The notes under the pieces are model-generated. The model saw only the letters and a list, made by a program, of their open reading frames with translations. It had not been told where the DNA came from and made no database searches. Below, piece after piece: positions 26,781 to 37,367 of a stretch of 64,000 nucleotides of DNA; position 1 is the first letter of the stretch, and each line of letters begins with the position of its first letter. The position numbers and the translations under genes are program-made. Source of the stretch: Bifidobacteriaceae bacterium (GTDB taxonomy: Bacteria; Actinomycetota; Actinomycetes; Actinomycetales; WQXJ01); assembly GCA_031268215.1 (NCBI GenBank), contig JAIRXP010000030.1, positions 44,463 to 108,462 of the forward strand, given 5' to 3'.

Positions 26781-29700
26781 CTACCTCAGGTGTTGCCCGC
26801 TCGCTTGGAGGGACCGCCGCCGGGCGGGCCCCCACACAATCAGCCACATACCGCCCAGCACCAGTACCAGAGCGGCGCCGGCCAGGCCCGCGCTCTCAGC
26901 CCCGGTCAATGGCAATCCGCCGCCGGTCCCTGTCCCGGTACCCGCGGGTGTCTGTCCATCGCTTGGCGGCTCGCCGCCACCCGACGGTGGTGGCGGAGGC
27001 GCCGATGAGCCAGATTCCTTGATTGTCACGAAATAGGTCAGCGCGACGCACTGGCCCAAGTCATCACAAACTCGGACCTGGAACGAATCGTCGCCCCAGT
27101 AACCCAGACGCGGAGTGTAAACGACGGCATCGTCACTGGCCAGGCCAATGGTTCCTTGCTCAGGCTGGGTCAGGGACCCAGCGTTGAGAGCTTGCAACTC
27201 GGTGCCAGCCACGTCTGCCATTACGTCCACGACGAGCGTCGTCTTGTCATCCTCCAGCTCGAAGCTCCGACCGGTACCAACCGGCGGTGCTTGAACCAGC
27301 GGAACGTACCGGACAACCCCAGTCTGACCCAAGTCATCCGTGTACATCACGATGAACGGGTGTTCGCCTGGAACCGCGCCGGTCGCGTCATAATGAACCG
27401 GATCCAGGGTGGCCGTCCCCTCATCCGGCGCAGACGTGATCTGACGGTCAGCGAGCTGTCCGTACCTCGACACCACGATCGGCTCAACGGTGAACGTAAC
27501 CTCTCCGTCCACGGCCACCTTCGCCCGGACCTCGCCACCCTGCGGCGGGGCTTGCACAATGATCGTGAAGCCCACCTCTTGGGACTGGCCCAGCGTGTCA
27601 GTGAACACGACAGAGAACTTGTATTCTCCCTCTGGCGATCCGTTTGGATCGAACCGCACCAGGCCGTCAATCCCGGCGGAGACCACCGTGCCGTCAGGCA
27701 CGCCCTTCGCCTCGGCCCGGTCTACACCGGCGCCGCTGGACACGTCCATCTTGAGTTCAGACACATCGTCTATCCCAATCCGGTCCAGGGTGTCCCCGGT
27801 GACCACCGGGGCAGCGACTACTAGGACCGAGTACGCGGCCGTGACCGTCCGTCCCCGCGAGTCGGTATACAACACGTCGAACTCGTAAGTCCCGGGCGCT
27901 AACGAACCCGCGCCGAACTTGACCTTCCCGGAAGTGGTCGGGGAGATCGACGCGTCCGAGACCCAAGTATCTTTGGTCGCAACGGCCGCTGAGGTAATCG
28001 TCACGCCGTTCACCGTGTCTGGGCTCACTTGGCCAAGCAATTCGACGGTACCGCCTACTCCTACAATCCCGCTCGCGCCGCGGGCGATCGGTTCAGCATA
28101 GACAATATGCAGCTTGGCGATCTCGAAGGTGTATTCCAGTTTCAGGCACTGTTCCAGGTCGTCACAGATCACGACGGTCACTATTCCAGGGACCTTCCCG
28201 GCGAAGCCGGTTTCCGGCGTGTACTTCAGCCTGGAACCGTCAACCGCCAGTGTTCCCCGCGCCGGGGACGTGAACGACTTGTCCGTCAGGGCACCCAGAT
28301 TGGTCCCAGCGGTGATGTCATCGAACGGATCGAACCAGTGAATCACCTGGTCATCTTCCAGCACGAAGTGACGACCGGCGCCGGCCGGCGCTGCCTGCAC
28401 CTTGACAGTGAACACGACGGGGCTGGACTTCTGCTCCAGCCTGTCAATGAACACGACCGTGAAATTGTAAGTCCCACCTGGCAGCGTGCCGGCGCTGAAC
28501 CGCACCTTCCCGTCCGGTGAAGCTTTCACAGTCGCGCCGGTGGGCACTCCCGTGACCTCAGCTCGGTCAATGCCAGCCTCAGAGACGACAGTCAAAGCGA
28601 AGTCACGCACCCCACCCTCAGGCACGGTCGCGGTGGTTTCGCCGGTGACCGTTGGCCCAGCTACCCAGCTGGCGGTCAATTCCAGCCGGCCTGGCGAAGC
28701 GCTCAGGTCCACACCATTGGCGACAGTCAGCACGTCCTTGGCGAAGTCCCACACTTCAACCTTGGAAGAACTCCAACCCGCGAAGGCGTGGCCTTCACGA
28801 CTGGGATCCGCCCAAGTGGGGGCCAACTCACCATAGGTGGCCATGGCTGTACCGCCGCCAGTCCCGCCGGCCGCGTTGAACACGACCAACAGTTCCACCG
28901 GCCGGTAGTACAGCTTGAGCGTCAACGACCCATCAGCGCGGATGACGCCTTCAGCGGTCGAAGACGACGAATCGAACTCATAACCAGCGTAAGTCCCGGG
29001 CGTGGCCGTCACCTTAGCGCCAATCCGGCCGCTCTCCTGACTGCTCGCCACCAGGTTCTCCGCACCAGCGCCGTTCAGCAAGTAGTGCTCAACGTTGTAC
29101 CCAACCGGGCCAAGCTCAGTCCACTTGGCGTGCAGAACGACCTCGGCGGCATCGGCCAACGAAGACTCATCCACGGCGCTGGCGTACTCCGCGTCCCGGA
29201 ACCAGCCCCTGAACTCGTAACCTTCGCAAACCGGAACCGTCTTGTATCCGGGCGCGTCCACTAGCTTGGACCAGCGCGAGACCGTCGCAGGAGCGATCGA
29301 ATCAGGCGAAAGCACGCACCCGTCTGGCTGATGCAAGTCGAAACTCACCACCGTTGAGGCGGGTGCCCAGGCGCCGTAGAAGTTCACTTCTCCCCCACTG
29401 GAAACCATCTCAAAGGTGATCACGCCAGTGCCAAAGTTCCAGGCGTTAGCCGGATCCGCTTGGCCCGGATCGTGCGCCTGCGTGAACCATCCGATGAACG
29501 TGTAGCCCACCAGCACCGGCACGTCTTTCCCGACAGCGGGAACCTTCTGCCCCAGTTGACCGGTCTTCGTTACCGGCCAGCCAGACAGGTCTGCCTGGGC
29601 GCCGTCAGGAGCATGCAGGTTGAAGTTGACCTTGACGTCAGTCTTCAGATGAATCTGCACATCGGTTGGCACACCGGTCACCGAATAGCCGTCGAACGCC

Positions 29701-31739
29701 GGTGGCAGGCCGCCGATGCCGACCGTTACTGTCCCAGCAGCCGTCACCGAGGCCAATGGCAAGGTCCAGACAGTGAAGTCAGCGTTAGACGTCCATCCGG
29801 CCGGGTTGGTAACCACCGCGGCGGTCTTGTTGGTGACTGTGACCTGGCTCGCCTTGAGATCTTTCACCGCCCGGTCAAAGGTCAACGTCAGCTTCGTGGA
29901 GGTCCGGGTGTTGGCCACGCCATCGGCCGTGACTTTGACGTTCACGGCCCGCAAGCGGAGCACGTTCTTCATCAAGGAGGGTCCGTAGGGACCGACTGGA
30001 TGGGCTTTCGTGTCGGTGATGTCCGCGGCGAAGCCCTTGGTCCCGCGCAGGTCCACACCGCGTAGTTCACCCTTGGGCGTCCACACGGTGGCGGCCAGTG
30101 CGGCTGCGTCCGCGCCGGTCGCTGGAACCGCCGCCGGCAGCGGATAGAGCACCACGGAGGCGTCCACCACTAGCGCCAAGTTATCCGCGATCCATTGCCG
30201 CTGCGGCGCCGTGATGGTGTGCTGGTCGTAGGCGAAGTCCGGCGTTGTCAGCAACAGATTGGTCAGATCTGTGCCGCCCTCATAAGCCGGGATGTACAAC
30301 GGGTAGACCGGGGTGCCGTTGGCACCCACTGGGTCTTGAACACCCGAGGTGCCCTTGGACACATTGCTTGGATAGACCGATCCGCCGGTGATGGTTACGC
30401 CACCTTGGATACCGCCGACTGAATACCGGTCCGGCCCTTGGCCTCGTGCGACCACGAAACCGCTTTCAATGGTTATTGAGCCTGGCAATAGTTCCGTGGG
30501 AATCTGAGGGGCTCCACCAATGCCAGTCATGCCTACCGCTACCACCGTGGGCCATCCGGTGATCTTCACATAGTCGGTTGGATCGGCCTGATAGACACCG
30601 CTGCCGCCAATGCCAGCTCCCCCACCGCTGCCGGTAGCGAAAACGCTCGCGTTTCCGGAGATCAGGATCTTGCCCATGCCGCTGTTGTAGCCGCCGCCTA
30701 TACCGTTGCCGGAGTTTGGCGAAACGGCCACGACCTTGGCGTGATCGAGGATCGCGATTGCGCCGCCGCTGCCATAAAGGCCGCCGCCAATGCCAGCACC
30801 GCGAGTTGTCCCGCCGGTCGCGGTGACTGTCGCCGAGCCGCCAATGGTGATCTTGCCGCCGGTCGAACCGGAGTTCCCGCCACCAATACCGGCGGCGCCT
30901 CCGCCGCCCGTGGCGTTGACTACGGCATTGCCGGAGATGGTCACCGTGCCGCCTTTGCCCTCGCAGGCGCCGCCAATGCCGGCGCCGCCTTCGGCACCGG
31001 GCTTATCAGCATTCCGGCTACCACCGGTGGCCGTGACCACGGCATTGCCGCCAATCTCGATGATGCCGGCATCCGCTGAAGGCTCTGTGCCGTTGCCCGC
31101 TGGGGCGCCGATTCCAGCGGATCCGGGGCCGCCGGTAGCCGTCAGCGAGCCGCCAGTCGTGGACTCGATGCCAGCTCTGGCCGTGCCTTTGGCGGACACA
31201 GCCACTTGCAGCCCGGCGTGGCTGCCTGAACTCAAGACCGAGGCACCCTTCAGGGATAGCTGAACGTTAGCGTTCCTGACCAGCGAAAAGGCGGCCCCGC
31301 TGGGAGCGTTGACCGTCAAGTTGTCGAAGTTGACCGCCAGTGGAGTCTGGTTCTGGGTCGCCAGTTCGCTCACTACCTCGATCCGGACTGGGAAAGCGCC
31401 CCTGAAGGTCAAGGAGTATTGGTCCAGCGGCCGCCCGGTGACCGAGTCATTCTCGGCACCAACAACGCTGAACGCTGGCGGATCGCCGGCGATCTTGACT
31501 TGAACTTGCCCGGCGCCCGGGGTCACCGAATCCGCGGTGATTAGCACATCCGTCAGCGGTCCGGCCTGGGACAGGGTCGCCACGAACGGCACAGCCACGA
31601 TCGCGGCGGCCAATCCGGCGATCACCGAGCGAAGCCTGGGGGTGAACCCGCTTCTCTGCTCACCTTGCCGGTGTTGTCCGGAGCGGCGCTGGAGGCGCTT
31701 CGGGCCAATGCGGGACGGGTAGTTTCCGCTAGATAACAT
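26781..31739 (-). CDS. LPXTG-anchored giant surface adhesin (1,652 aa): Gly-rich beta-helix region, Listeria-Bacteroides-type repeats, Ig-like repeats
   Basis: N-terminal signal/TM (VIAGLAAAIVAVPFVATLSQA). Many GG(A/S)GIGG(G) turns (beta-helix-like). GYTFIGWF / GYEFRGWF / GHAFAGWS repeat motifs (Flg_new-like). Three ~90-aa Ig-like repeats (…GTYNFTVVFIDRLEQ…, …GEYKFSVVFTDTLGQ…, …GTYEFDVLYTDSRGR…). C-terminal sorting signal LPLTGAESAGLAGAALVLVLGGMWLIVWGPARRR. Confidence 0.85.
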   Translation of the reverse strand: MLSSGNYPSRIGPKRLQRRSGQHRQGEQRSGFTPRLRSVIAGLAAAIVAVPFVATLSQAGPLTDVLITADSVTPGAGQVQVKIAGDPPAFSVVGAENDSVTGRPLDQYSLTFRGAFPVRIEVVSELATQNQTPLAVNFDNLTVNAPSGAAFSLVRNANVQLSLKGASVLSSGSHAGLQVAVSAKGTARAGIESTTGGSLTATGGPGSAGIGAPAGNGTEPSADAGIIEIGGNAVVTATGGSRNADKPGAEGGAGIGGACEGKGGTVTISGNAVVNATGGGGAAGIGGGNSGSTGGKITIGGSATVTATGGTTRGAGIGGGLYGSGGAIAILDHAKVVAVSPNSGNGIGGGYNSGMGKILISGNASVFATGSGGGAGIGGSGVYQADPTDYVKITGWPTVVAVGMTGIGGAPQIPTELLPGSITIESGFVVARGQGPDRYSVGGIQGGVTITGGSVYPSNVSKGTSGVQDPVGANGTPVYPLYIPAYEGGTDLTNLLLTTPDFAYDQHTITAPQRQWIADNLALVVDASVVLYPLPAAVPATGADAAALAATVWTPKGELRGVDLRGTKGFAADITDTKAHPVGPYGPSLMKNVLRLRAVNVKVTADGVANTRTSTKLTLTFDRAVKDLKASQVTVTNKTAAVVTNPAGWTSNADFTVWTLPLASVTAAGTVTVGIGGLPPAFDGYSVTGVPTDVQIHLKTDVKVNFNLHAPDGAQADLSGWPVTKTGQLGQKVPAVGKDVPVLVGYTFIGWFTQAHDPGQADPANAWNFGTGVITFEMVSSGGEVNFYGAWAPASTVVSFDLHQPDGCVLSPDSIAPATVSRWSKLVDAPGYKTVPVCEGYEFRGWFRDAEYASAVDESSLADAAEVVLHAKWTELGPVGYNVEHYLLNGAGAENLVASSQESGRIGAKVTATPGTYAGYEFDSSSSTAEGVIRADGSLTLKLYYRPVELLVVFNAAGGTGGGTAMATYGELAPTWADPSREGHAFAGWSSSKVEVWDFAKDVLTVANGVDLSASPGRLELTASWVAGPTVTGETTATVPEGGVRDFALTVVSEAGIDRAEVTGVPTGATVKASPDGKVRFSAGTLPGGTYNFTVVFIDRLEQKSSPVVFTVKVQAAPAGAGRHFVLEDDQVIHWFDPFDDITAGTNLGALTDKSFTSPARGTLAVDGSRLKYTPETGFAGKVPGIVTVVICDDLEQCLKLEYTFEIAKLHIVYAEPIARGASGIVGVGGTVELLGQVSPDTVNGVTITSAAVATKDTWVSDASISPTTSGKVKFGAGSLAPGTYEFDVLYTDSRGRTVTAAYSVLVVAAPVVTGDTLDRIGIDDVSELKMDVSSGAGVDRAEAKGVPDGTVVSAGIDGLVRFDPNGSPEGEYKFSVVFTDTLGQSQEVGFTIIVQAPPQGGEVRAKVAVDGEVTFTVEPIVVSRYGQLADRQITSAPDEGTATLDPVHYDATGAVPGEHPFIVMYTDDLGQTGVVRYVPLVQAPPVGTGRSFELEDDKTTLVVDVMADVAGTELQALNAGSLTQPEQGTIGLASDDAVVYTPRLGYWGDDSFQVRVCDDLGQCVALTYFVTIKESGSSAPPPPPSGGGEPPSDGQTPAGTGTGTGGGLPLTGAESAGLAGAALVLVLGGMWLIVWGPARRRSLQASGQHLR

Positions 31740-31997
31740 GTTGACTCCTCGGGGTAGGCCGACTTATTGAGACGCCTGGGGCTGCACGCTGGGGCTTTGG
31801 GCGGCGGTCCGAACATGTCCTGTCGGCACAAACCCGGAACGACGCCTTGACACCAACAACTTGACCATGCTACCCCCTTGCGACCGGGACTTTTAGGCCC
31901 AAAAGGCGGGATTTTTCGATCCAGTTTCCCTAATCCCCAGCATTTCTACCTGATTGACCGCCAACCCGAGGCGTCAGGGGTGCTCAGGGCGGTCGCT

Positions 31998-32017
31998 CCC
32001 GGGCCTGACCGCCCGGG
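31998..32017 (-). terminator. Possible GC hairpin terminator after the histidine-phosphatase gene
   Basis: CCCGGGC-ctgacc-GCCCGGG (7-bp stem), 23 nt beyond the stop at 32040. An alternative 8-bp pairing is GGGCGGTC/GACCGCCC. No U-tract. Confidence 0.3.
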
Positions 32018-32039
32018 CGGCATCAGGCCCCGCGCCAGG

Positions 32040-32687
32040 CTAGGCCAATGACGCCGTGGCCTGAAAGCTGGCCTGACCGCCCAAGTCGTAGCCCGCCAAA
32101 CGCCATCCGGGCACCCGTCGCCCACCGTGCTCAAGGACCGCCCAGTGGGCGTTCCGCATCCCCCTGATGCCCAGCCATTTCACTGGGTCAAGCTCCAGGA
32201 GCCCAGTAATTCCGCACACCGCGGCTCCACCGTGGGTAGTAATCACAACGGTTGAGCCATCCGGCGCAGCGGCGACAGCTTCGCCCACGCAGGCAGCCAC
32301 GCGCTGGGCAGCGCGGTCACGGGTTTCCATACCGATCTCCGGCAAGTCTTCACCGGCCCGCCATCGTTCGTATAGATCCGGCCAGCGTTCATGAATCTTG
32401 GATACCGCCAGACCCTCCCAGGAACCGAATTCCCGTTCCCGCAAGCGTTCATCCGTAACAACTTCAAGATTCGCCAGCACCGCCAGGGCGTTGGCGGTGA
32501 CCCGGGCTCTTACCAGGTCAGAAGACCAAATCGCGGCTGGTTCCCAGTCCGCTAACTGTTCAGCCGCCGCCTGGGCCTGGGCCAGCCCGGTCTGGTCCAA
32601 CGGAATATCCGAGGCGCCTTGGATCCGACCCTGAAGGTTATAGGCGGTCTGTCCGTGCCGCCAGATGATTACGTGCTTGGCGGTCAT
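32040..32687 (-). CDS. Histidine phosphatase family protein (phosphoglycerate-mutase-like; GpgP position)
   Basis: 215 aa. Catalytic RHG motif IIWRHGQTAYN, ERLREREFGSWEG, C-terminal TTHGG. 4-nt overlap with rsfS, as in the mycobacterial nadD-rsfS-gpgP arrangement. Confidence 0.85.
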   Translation of the reverse strand: MTAKHVIIWRHGQTAYNLQGRIQGASDIPLDQTGLAQAQAAAEQLADWEPAAIWSSDLVRARVTANALAVLANLEVVTDERLREREFGSWEGLAVSKIHERWPDLYERWRAGEDLPEIGMETRDRAAQRVAACVGEAVAAAPDGSTVVITTHGGAAVCGITGLLELDPVKWLGIRGMRNAHWAVLEHGGRRVPGWRLAGYDLGGQASFQATASLA

Positions 32688-33079
32688 GCGCCAACCGGCG
32701 CCGCCACCGCCGACTCAAGGCCGACCGCCTCTGGTGATCCGAGCACAGGGCAGTCCTTCCAGAGCTTGTCCAGGGCGTAGTACTCACGATCCTCAGCATG
32801 CATAATATGGACCACAATGTCCTCGAAGTCAAGCAACACCCACCGAGCCCCGGCCCTCCCCTCGCGGCGCTTGGGCTTAGTGCCCAGAGCCAACAGCTTG
32901 GCTTCGATGGCGTCGCTAATCGCATTGACTTGCCGCTCAGTCGCTCCCGTGGCCAGCACAAACACGTCTGTCAACGGCAGGCGAGAACTGACGTCCAGCG
33001 CCACTATGCCGGTTGCCTTCACCGAATCGGCCGCGCGGGCCGCTTCTTCGGCCAGTTGTAGCGCTTTGGCATCAGCCAC
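32684..33079 (-). CDS. rsfS: Ribosome silencing factor RsfS (iojap family)
   Basis: 131 aa. ...DSVKATGIVALDVSSRLPLTDVFVLATGATERQVNAISDAI...GARWVLLDFEDIVVHIMHAEDREYYALDKLW. Confidence 0.9.
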   Translation of the reverse strand: MADAKALQLAEEAARAADSVKATGIVALDVSSRLPLTDVFVLATGATERQVNAISDAIEAKLLALGTKPKRREGRAGARWVLLDFEDIVVHIMHAEDREYYALDKLWKDCPVLGSPEAVGLESAVAAPVGA

Positions 33080-33104
33080 TCAAATACTCTCCTTCTGGTT
33101 ATCC

Positions 33105-35300
33105 CTACAAGAACAGTTGCACAATAGCTACCGCCGCGCCAATCGCCAAAGCCCAGACCAACGCCTTGAGCGCCCTACGCCCAGCGTGAGATGGCGCTGA
33201 ACCCCATGGTGCGTCCGGTCCATCCAGCCATGGGCCCCGACCGTCCGCAGTGATTTGGGGCGGCGCTTCCCAGGCCATGTCCTGGTCTCCGGGCACCCCG
33301 GACGGGGCCGCGGCGGCCTCGCTGGCCGTGGACAACCCCGGTGACCCGAGTCCGAACCCGCCCAGCGATCCGTCCTCCGGCAGACCACCTTCTCCGGCGA
33401 ACGGGGTGAATTCGCCCGAGGACGGGGTGAACCCTCCGTCAGCCGGGCTGAAGGCACTGGCCAGGTCCAGTCCTCCGCCCATGGCCGGACCACCCAACCC
33501 CGGCTCCCCAATCACGCCGGACGGGGCCATCACCCCTCCCGCGCCGGGCGCTGGCATGGCCGAACCCCCGTCCCAATAACTCTCCGGGTCCGCAGCCGGT
33601 TGATCATCAAAGCTGGGCACGGATGAACTAGACCATTGCGCCGGTAGCCCTGACGGCCCACCTACTTCCGGGGCAGGCGCGACAGCTGGGTCGGCGGGCG
33701 GCGCCATCGCTGGAAGCCCAGACGGCATTTCGCCCGCCGGGCCGCCCGCCACCGCTGATCCGAACGTAGCCGGGGATTCGCTCGGCGCGGAGAACGCTTG
33801 ACTGAACGACTGGCCGGCTAGCTCGTCCCGAGGATCGGGCCAACTACCGCCGTCAGGGACGGATGGGTCCGAGGCCCCCACGGGAGACCGTGCTGCGGAA
33901 TCGGCTGGTGAGAATGCCGAGGAATACGCCGAAGGATAGGCTGACGGCGCGGCCGCGCCGCGTGGGTAGGCCGACGGCGCCTCTGGCGACGCCAGCTCCT
34001 CCGCGAAGGCCGAGGGCCGCTCCCGGGCGGTGTCCGCTCCCGCCACCGGGGCGAAGTCAGCGAAGGCGACTGGCGCGGCCGGAGCTTGCGGAATGATCCG
34101 GTAAATGTCGTCCTGCCCCGACAGTGGACCGCCGTTTCGGTCGTACCCGTCCCGGCCGGAAGTCAGTTCCAGGAAGGTCAACGGCTCGCCGGAAGAGCGA
34201 GAAGCGGGAGATTGGCTGGGATCACCGGCGGGATACCGAGTTCCCGCCGCCGGGCCTGATGGCGGCAGGATAACTGGTGCGGGAGGAGGCACCATGACCG
34301 CGAATGGCGGCTGGTCGGCCGCCGAATAACGCTCCGCCTCGGAAGGCGCCCGGAGCCGGGGATCAACCCCATACTGATCAGCCTCATACCGATTATCCTC
34401 ATACCGATCAACCTCCGCCCGCCCCCGCGGCCTAGGATCAACCGACGAATAACGCTCAACCTCAGAAGGCGCCCGGAGCCGGGGATCAACCCCATACTGA
34501 TCAGCCTCATACTGATCAACCTCCGCCCGCCTCCGCGGCCTAGGATCAACCGACGAATAACGCTCAGCCTCCGGCCGGACCGCAAGCCGCGAGTCAGCCG
34601 CGGGAGCCGCTTCGTCGGCGGCCTGTCCTCCCGCTCCATTGCGCCCCCCGCGCGAACCGGGCGCGAAACTGGGTAAAGCGATGGGCACTTGCACAGGCGC
34701 CATCTCTGTCAAAGTGCCGTCCACGTCAACTTTGGCTTGGGCGGCCGCCGGAGGATGAACCGTCACCGACGACGGCCGGCGCGTCTGCCCACCGGCGCCC
34801 GGGCCGAACCCGTCTGGTCGGCCCGCCGGTCCATCCGCCATTGGCATTTGCCCAGGGCCGCCGGCCCAGTCCTCGTGCCACGCGTCTGCCGGTCCTCCCC
34901 CGGATCCGGGCGGCGTCATGACGCCGGCTCCCGCCGCCACGCCGGGACCGGCCGTCCGCCGCGCCGCTGCCGCCTGCCCTGCTCGGCTCGGTTCGGTCCG
35001 GCGGCCCACGGTTGGGCTCTGCCGGTCAGAGCCAAGTCCGCCCGGAGTATGCGCACCCGGGCCGCCGACCGCTGATTCCGGCGGTGGCCCCATCCGTTCA
35101 ACTGGCCACACCGAAATGCCCGGCCGCTCTGGCCCGGGTGACGGGCTGGTTTCTTCTCGCTGGCCAAACCAGGGCGCGGCAGTCACTCGCTCCGCTTCCG
35201 CTGCCCAAGCCGCCGATGCCGCCCCCGGAGCTGGCAGCCCCTGTCCACCGGCCCGCAATGGCACCGGGGCGGGTGAAGATGAACCGGGGTAGCCTGTCAC
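33105..35300 (-). CDS. Pro/Ala/Gly-rich, probably disordered protein with a C-terminal TM anchor
   Basis: 731 aa low-complexity ORF coupled to nadD (4-nt overlap 35297-35300). Single hydrophobic helix at the extreme C-terminus ([21 protein letters not shown]). Contains the tandem repeat listed separately. Confidence 0.6.
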   Translation of the reverse strand: MTGYPGSSSPAPVPLRAGGQGLPAPGAASAAWAAEAERVTAAPWFGQREETSPSPGPERPGISVWPVERMGPPPESAVGGPGAHTPGGLGSDRQSPTVGRRTEPSRAGQAAAARRTAGPGVAAGAGVMTPPGSGGGPADAWHEDWAGGPGQMPMADGPAGRPDGFGPGAGGQTRRPSSVTVHPPAAAQAKVDVDGTLTEMAPVQVPIALPSFAPGSRGGRNGAGGQAADEAAPAADSRLAVRPEAERYSSVDPRPRRRAEVDQYEADQYGVDPRLRAPSEVERYSSVDPRPRGRAEVDRYEDNRYEADQYGVDPRLRAPSEAERYSAADQPPFAVMVPPPAPVILPPSGPAAGTRYPAGDPSQSPASRSSGEPLTFLELTSGRDGYDRNGGPLSGQDDIYRIIPQAPAAPVAFADFAPVAGADTARERPSAFAEELASPEAPSAYPRGAAAPSAYPSAYSSAFSPADSAARSPVGASDPSVPDGGSWPDPRDELAGQSFSQAFSAPSESPATFGSAVAGGPAGEMPSGLPAMAPPADPAVAPAPEVGGPSGLPAQWSSSSVPSFDDQPAADPESYWDGGSAMPAPGAGGVMAPSGVIGEPGLGGPAMGGGLDLASAFSPADGGFTPSSGEFTPFAGEGGLPEDGSLGGFGLGSPGLSTASEAAAAPSGVPGDQDMAWEAPPQITADGRGPWLDGPDAPWGSAPSHAGRRALKALVWALAIGAAVAIVQLFL
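34323..34575. repeat. Tandem coding repeat, ~2.2 copies of a 108/123-bp unit
   Basis: Unit starts (cgaataacgctc...) at 34323, 34446 and 34554; copy 1 carries an extra 15 bp. It encodes [11 protein letters not shown](R/G)RAEVD(Q/R)YE(DNRYE)[15 protein letters not shown](V/A) on the minus strand. Confidence 0.85.
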
Positions 35301-35905
35301 AGACGGCCCTCCCGGTACAGCCCGTGTTTGGCCGTGTACTGGACAACTCCATCCGGCACCAAGTACCAGATCGGATGGCCGGCGCCGGCCCGGCGGCGGA
35401 TATCCGTGGAGGATATGGCCAGGGCCGGAACCTCCAGCAACGAAACATCGCGCTTGGGCAGACCGTAGGCGTGCAAAGTGTGGCCTGGCCGCGTCACGCC
35501 AACGAAATGCGCCAGTTCAAATAGCTGAGCCGCATCCTTCCAGGCCAGGATTTCATCCATCGCGTCCGCGCCGGTGATGAAGTAAAGCTCCGCGGCCGGC
35601 CGTTCGGCGGCCAGGTCACGCAACGTGTCTATGGTGTAAGTGGGCCCGTCACGGTCAATGTCGACCCGGCTGACGGAGAAACGCGGATTGGAGGCGGTGG
35701 CGATCACAGCCATCAGATAACGGTGTTCGGCTGGACTGACTGTCTGATCCTGCTTGAAAACCGGCTGGCCGGTGGGGACAAAGATGACCTCATCGAGTTC
35801 GAAGACGGCGGCCGCCTCGCTCGCCGCGACCAAGTGGCCGTGGTGGATCGGGTCAAAGGTACCGCCCATAACGCCTACGCGGGAACCCAGTTGTTGGGCC
35901 GACAC
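35297..35905 (-). CDS. nadD: Nicotinate-nucleotide adenylyltransferase
   Basis: 202 aa. [15 protein letters not shown] (HxGH motif) and ISSTDIRRR. Confidence 0.9.
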   Translation of the reverse strand: MSAQQLGSRVGVMGGTFDPIHHGHLVAASEAAAVFELDEVIFVPTGQPVFKQDQTVSPAEHRYLMAVIATASNPRFSVSRVDIDRDGPTYTIDTLRDLAAERPAAELYFITGADAMDEILAWKDAAQLFELAHFVGVTRPGHTLHAYGLPKRDVSLLEVPALAISSTDIRRRAGAGHPIWYLVPDGVVQYTAKHGLYREGRL

Positions 35906-36059
35906 GAAACCTCCTGTTGCCGAGTGATCTGGAATCGCGCTGCCCTAAGTGTCTCATCAAACGTGCTTAAGTGGTGCAAGACCCCGCATGACACCTGTTA
36001 ATCTAGGGTATGACGGCTCCGGATGCCCCGGATCACCGGGACGCCGGTTGGTCACCGGG

Positions 36060-37346
36060 TCATGCGCGGACCTGCCCGTCCCCTAAGCAAATCCACTTAG
36101 TGGAGGTGAGTTCGGCCAGGCCCATAGGCCCACGGGCATGAAGCTTTTGTGTTGAAATGCCAATCTCCGCGCCTAGGCCAAACTGCCCACCGTCAGTGAA
36201 ACGGGTCGATGCGTTAATCATGATGACCGCTGAGTCGAGGCGGGAAGCGAACGCCTGGGCCCGCCCCAGGTCTTCAGTACAAATCGCCTCCGTATGGCCT
36301 GAGCTGTACCGCTGGATGTGCTCAATGGCGCCTTCAAGCCCGTCGACCAGGCCCACGGCCATCTCCAAACCGAGGTACTCAGCGGCCCAATCGGATTCAT
36401 CCGCGGCGTCCCAAGCGGTCCCCGGCGGCGCGAAAGCCCCCACGCCAGCGCCCAGATGTAGCTTCACCCCCGCGTCACTCAGCGCCGCCAGCACTCGTGG
36501 CAAGAACTCCGGCGCGACGGACCGGTCCACCAGCAAGGTCTCAGCGGCGTTGCAAACCGACGGCCGCTGGACCTTTGAATTGATAACGATCCCCAGGGCC
36601 TTGTCTTGATCCGCCGCCGCGTCAACGTATACGTGACAATTGCCAACGCCCGTTTCGATCACGGGCACTTGGGCTTCACGCACTACCGCCTGGATCAACC
36701 CGGCCCCACCGCGTGGTACCAACAGATCAACCAGGCCACGGGCCCGCATCAGCGCCCTGACGCCTTCCCGGCCATACTGGTCTATGGTCTGGACCGAATC
36801 GGCCGGCAGACCGGCTCCCGCCACCGCTCGCCGTAGCGGCTCAATGATGGCGGCATTGGTCCGCTCGGCCGCACTCCCGCCCCGCAAAATGACGGCGTTG
36901 CCGGACTTCAGCCCCAGCCCAGCCGCGTCCACGGTGACGTTAGGCCGCGCCTCATAGATCATCCCGACCACGCCCATCGGCACTCGAATTTGGCGCAGTC
37001 TCAGCCCGTTCGGCAAAGCTGACCCGCGAACCACCTCACCGACCGGATCCGCCATTCCGGCCAGTTCTCGGAGCGCTTCAGCGATGCCCACGATCCGCTC
37101 CACAGTCAGCTCCAGCCGGTCCAGCAGGCCAGCGGCCAGCCCGTTCTCACGCCCGGTGACCAGGTCAATCCGGTTTTCCGCGAGCACCAGATCCCCGGCT
37201 TCAAGCAAACCATCCGCCATGGCCAGCAAGGCTTGGTCCTTTCGCGCCCGCGAAGCCAGCGCTAGCTCCCGCGCCGCCACCCGCGCCCGGCGGGCCACAT
37301 CTTCTACGGCCCCCGTCACGGCGGCATCAACTTCAGTCACCGCCAC
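36060..37346 (-). CDS. proA: Gamma-glutamyl phosphate reductase
   Basis: 428 aa aldehyde-dehydrogenase fold. [19 protein letters not shown] (catalytic Cys) and [32 protein letters not shown]. Confidence 0.95.
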   Translation of the reverse strand: MAVTEVDAAVTGAVEDVARRARVAARELALASRARKDQALLAMADGLLEAGDLVLAENRIDLVTGRENGLAAGLLDRLELTVERIVGIAEALRELAGMADPVGEVVRGSALPNGLRLRQIRVPMGVVGMIYEARPNVTVDAAGLGLKSGNAVILRGGSAAERTNAAIIEPLRRAVAGAGLPADSVQTIDQYGREGVRALMRARGLVDLLVPRGGAGLIQAVVREAQVPVIETGVGNCHVYVDAAADQDKALGIVINSKVQRPSVCNAAETLLVDRSVAPEFLPRVLAALSDAGVKLHLGAGVGAFAPPGTAWDAADESDWAAEYLGLEMAVGLVDGLEGAIEHIQRYSSGHTEAICTEDLGRAQAFASRLDSAVIMINASTRFTDGGQFGLGAEIGISTQKLHARGPMGLAELTSTKWICLGDGQVRA

Positions 37347-37367
37347 AGTCTATTTCCCCGGTACCAC

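Noticed and set aside
31886-31900. Second DosR-like palindrome GGGACTTTTAGGCCC upstream of the LPXTG adhesin
   Set aside because: The half-site spacing is one nucleotide too long and the right half-site is GGCCC rather than GTCCC. It is too weak to call without a scan.
34323-34575. CRISPR-like or other non-coding repeat array
   Set aside because: The repeats are contiguous with no spacers, in frame, and encode a peptide repeat inside ORF 33105..35300. No repeat-spacer architecture was seen anywhere in the window.
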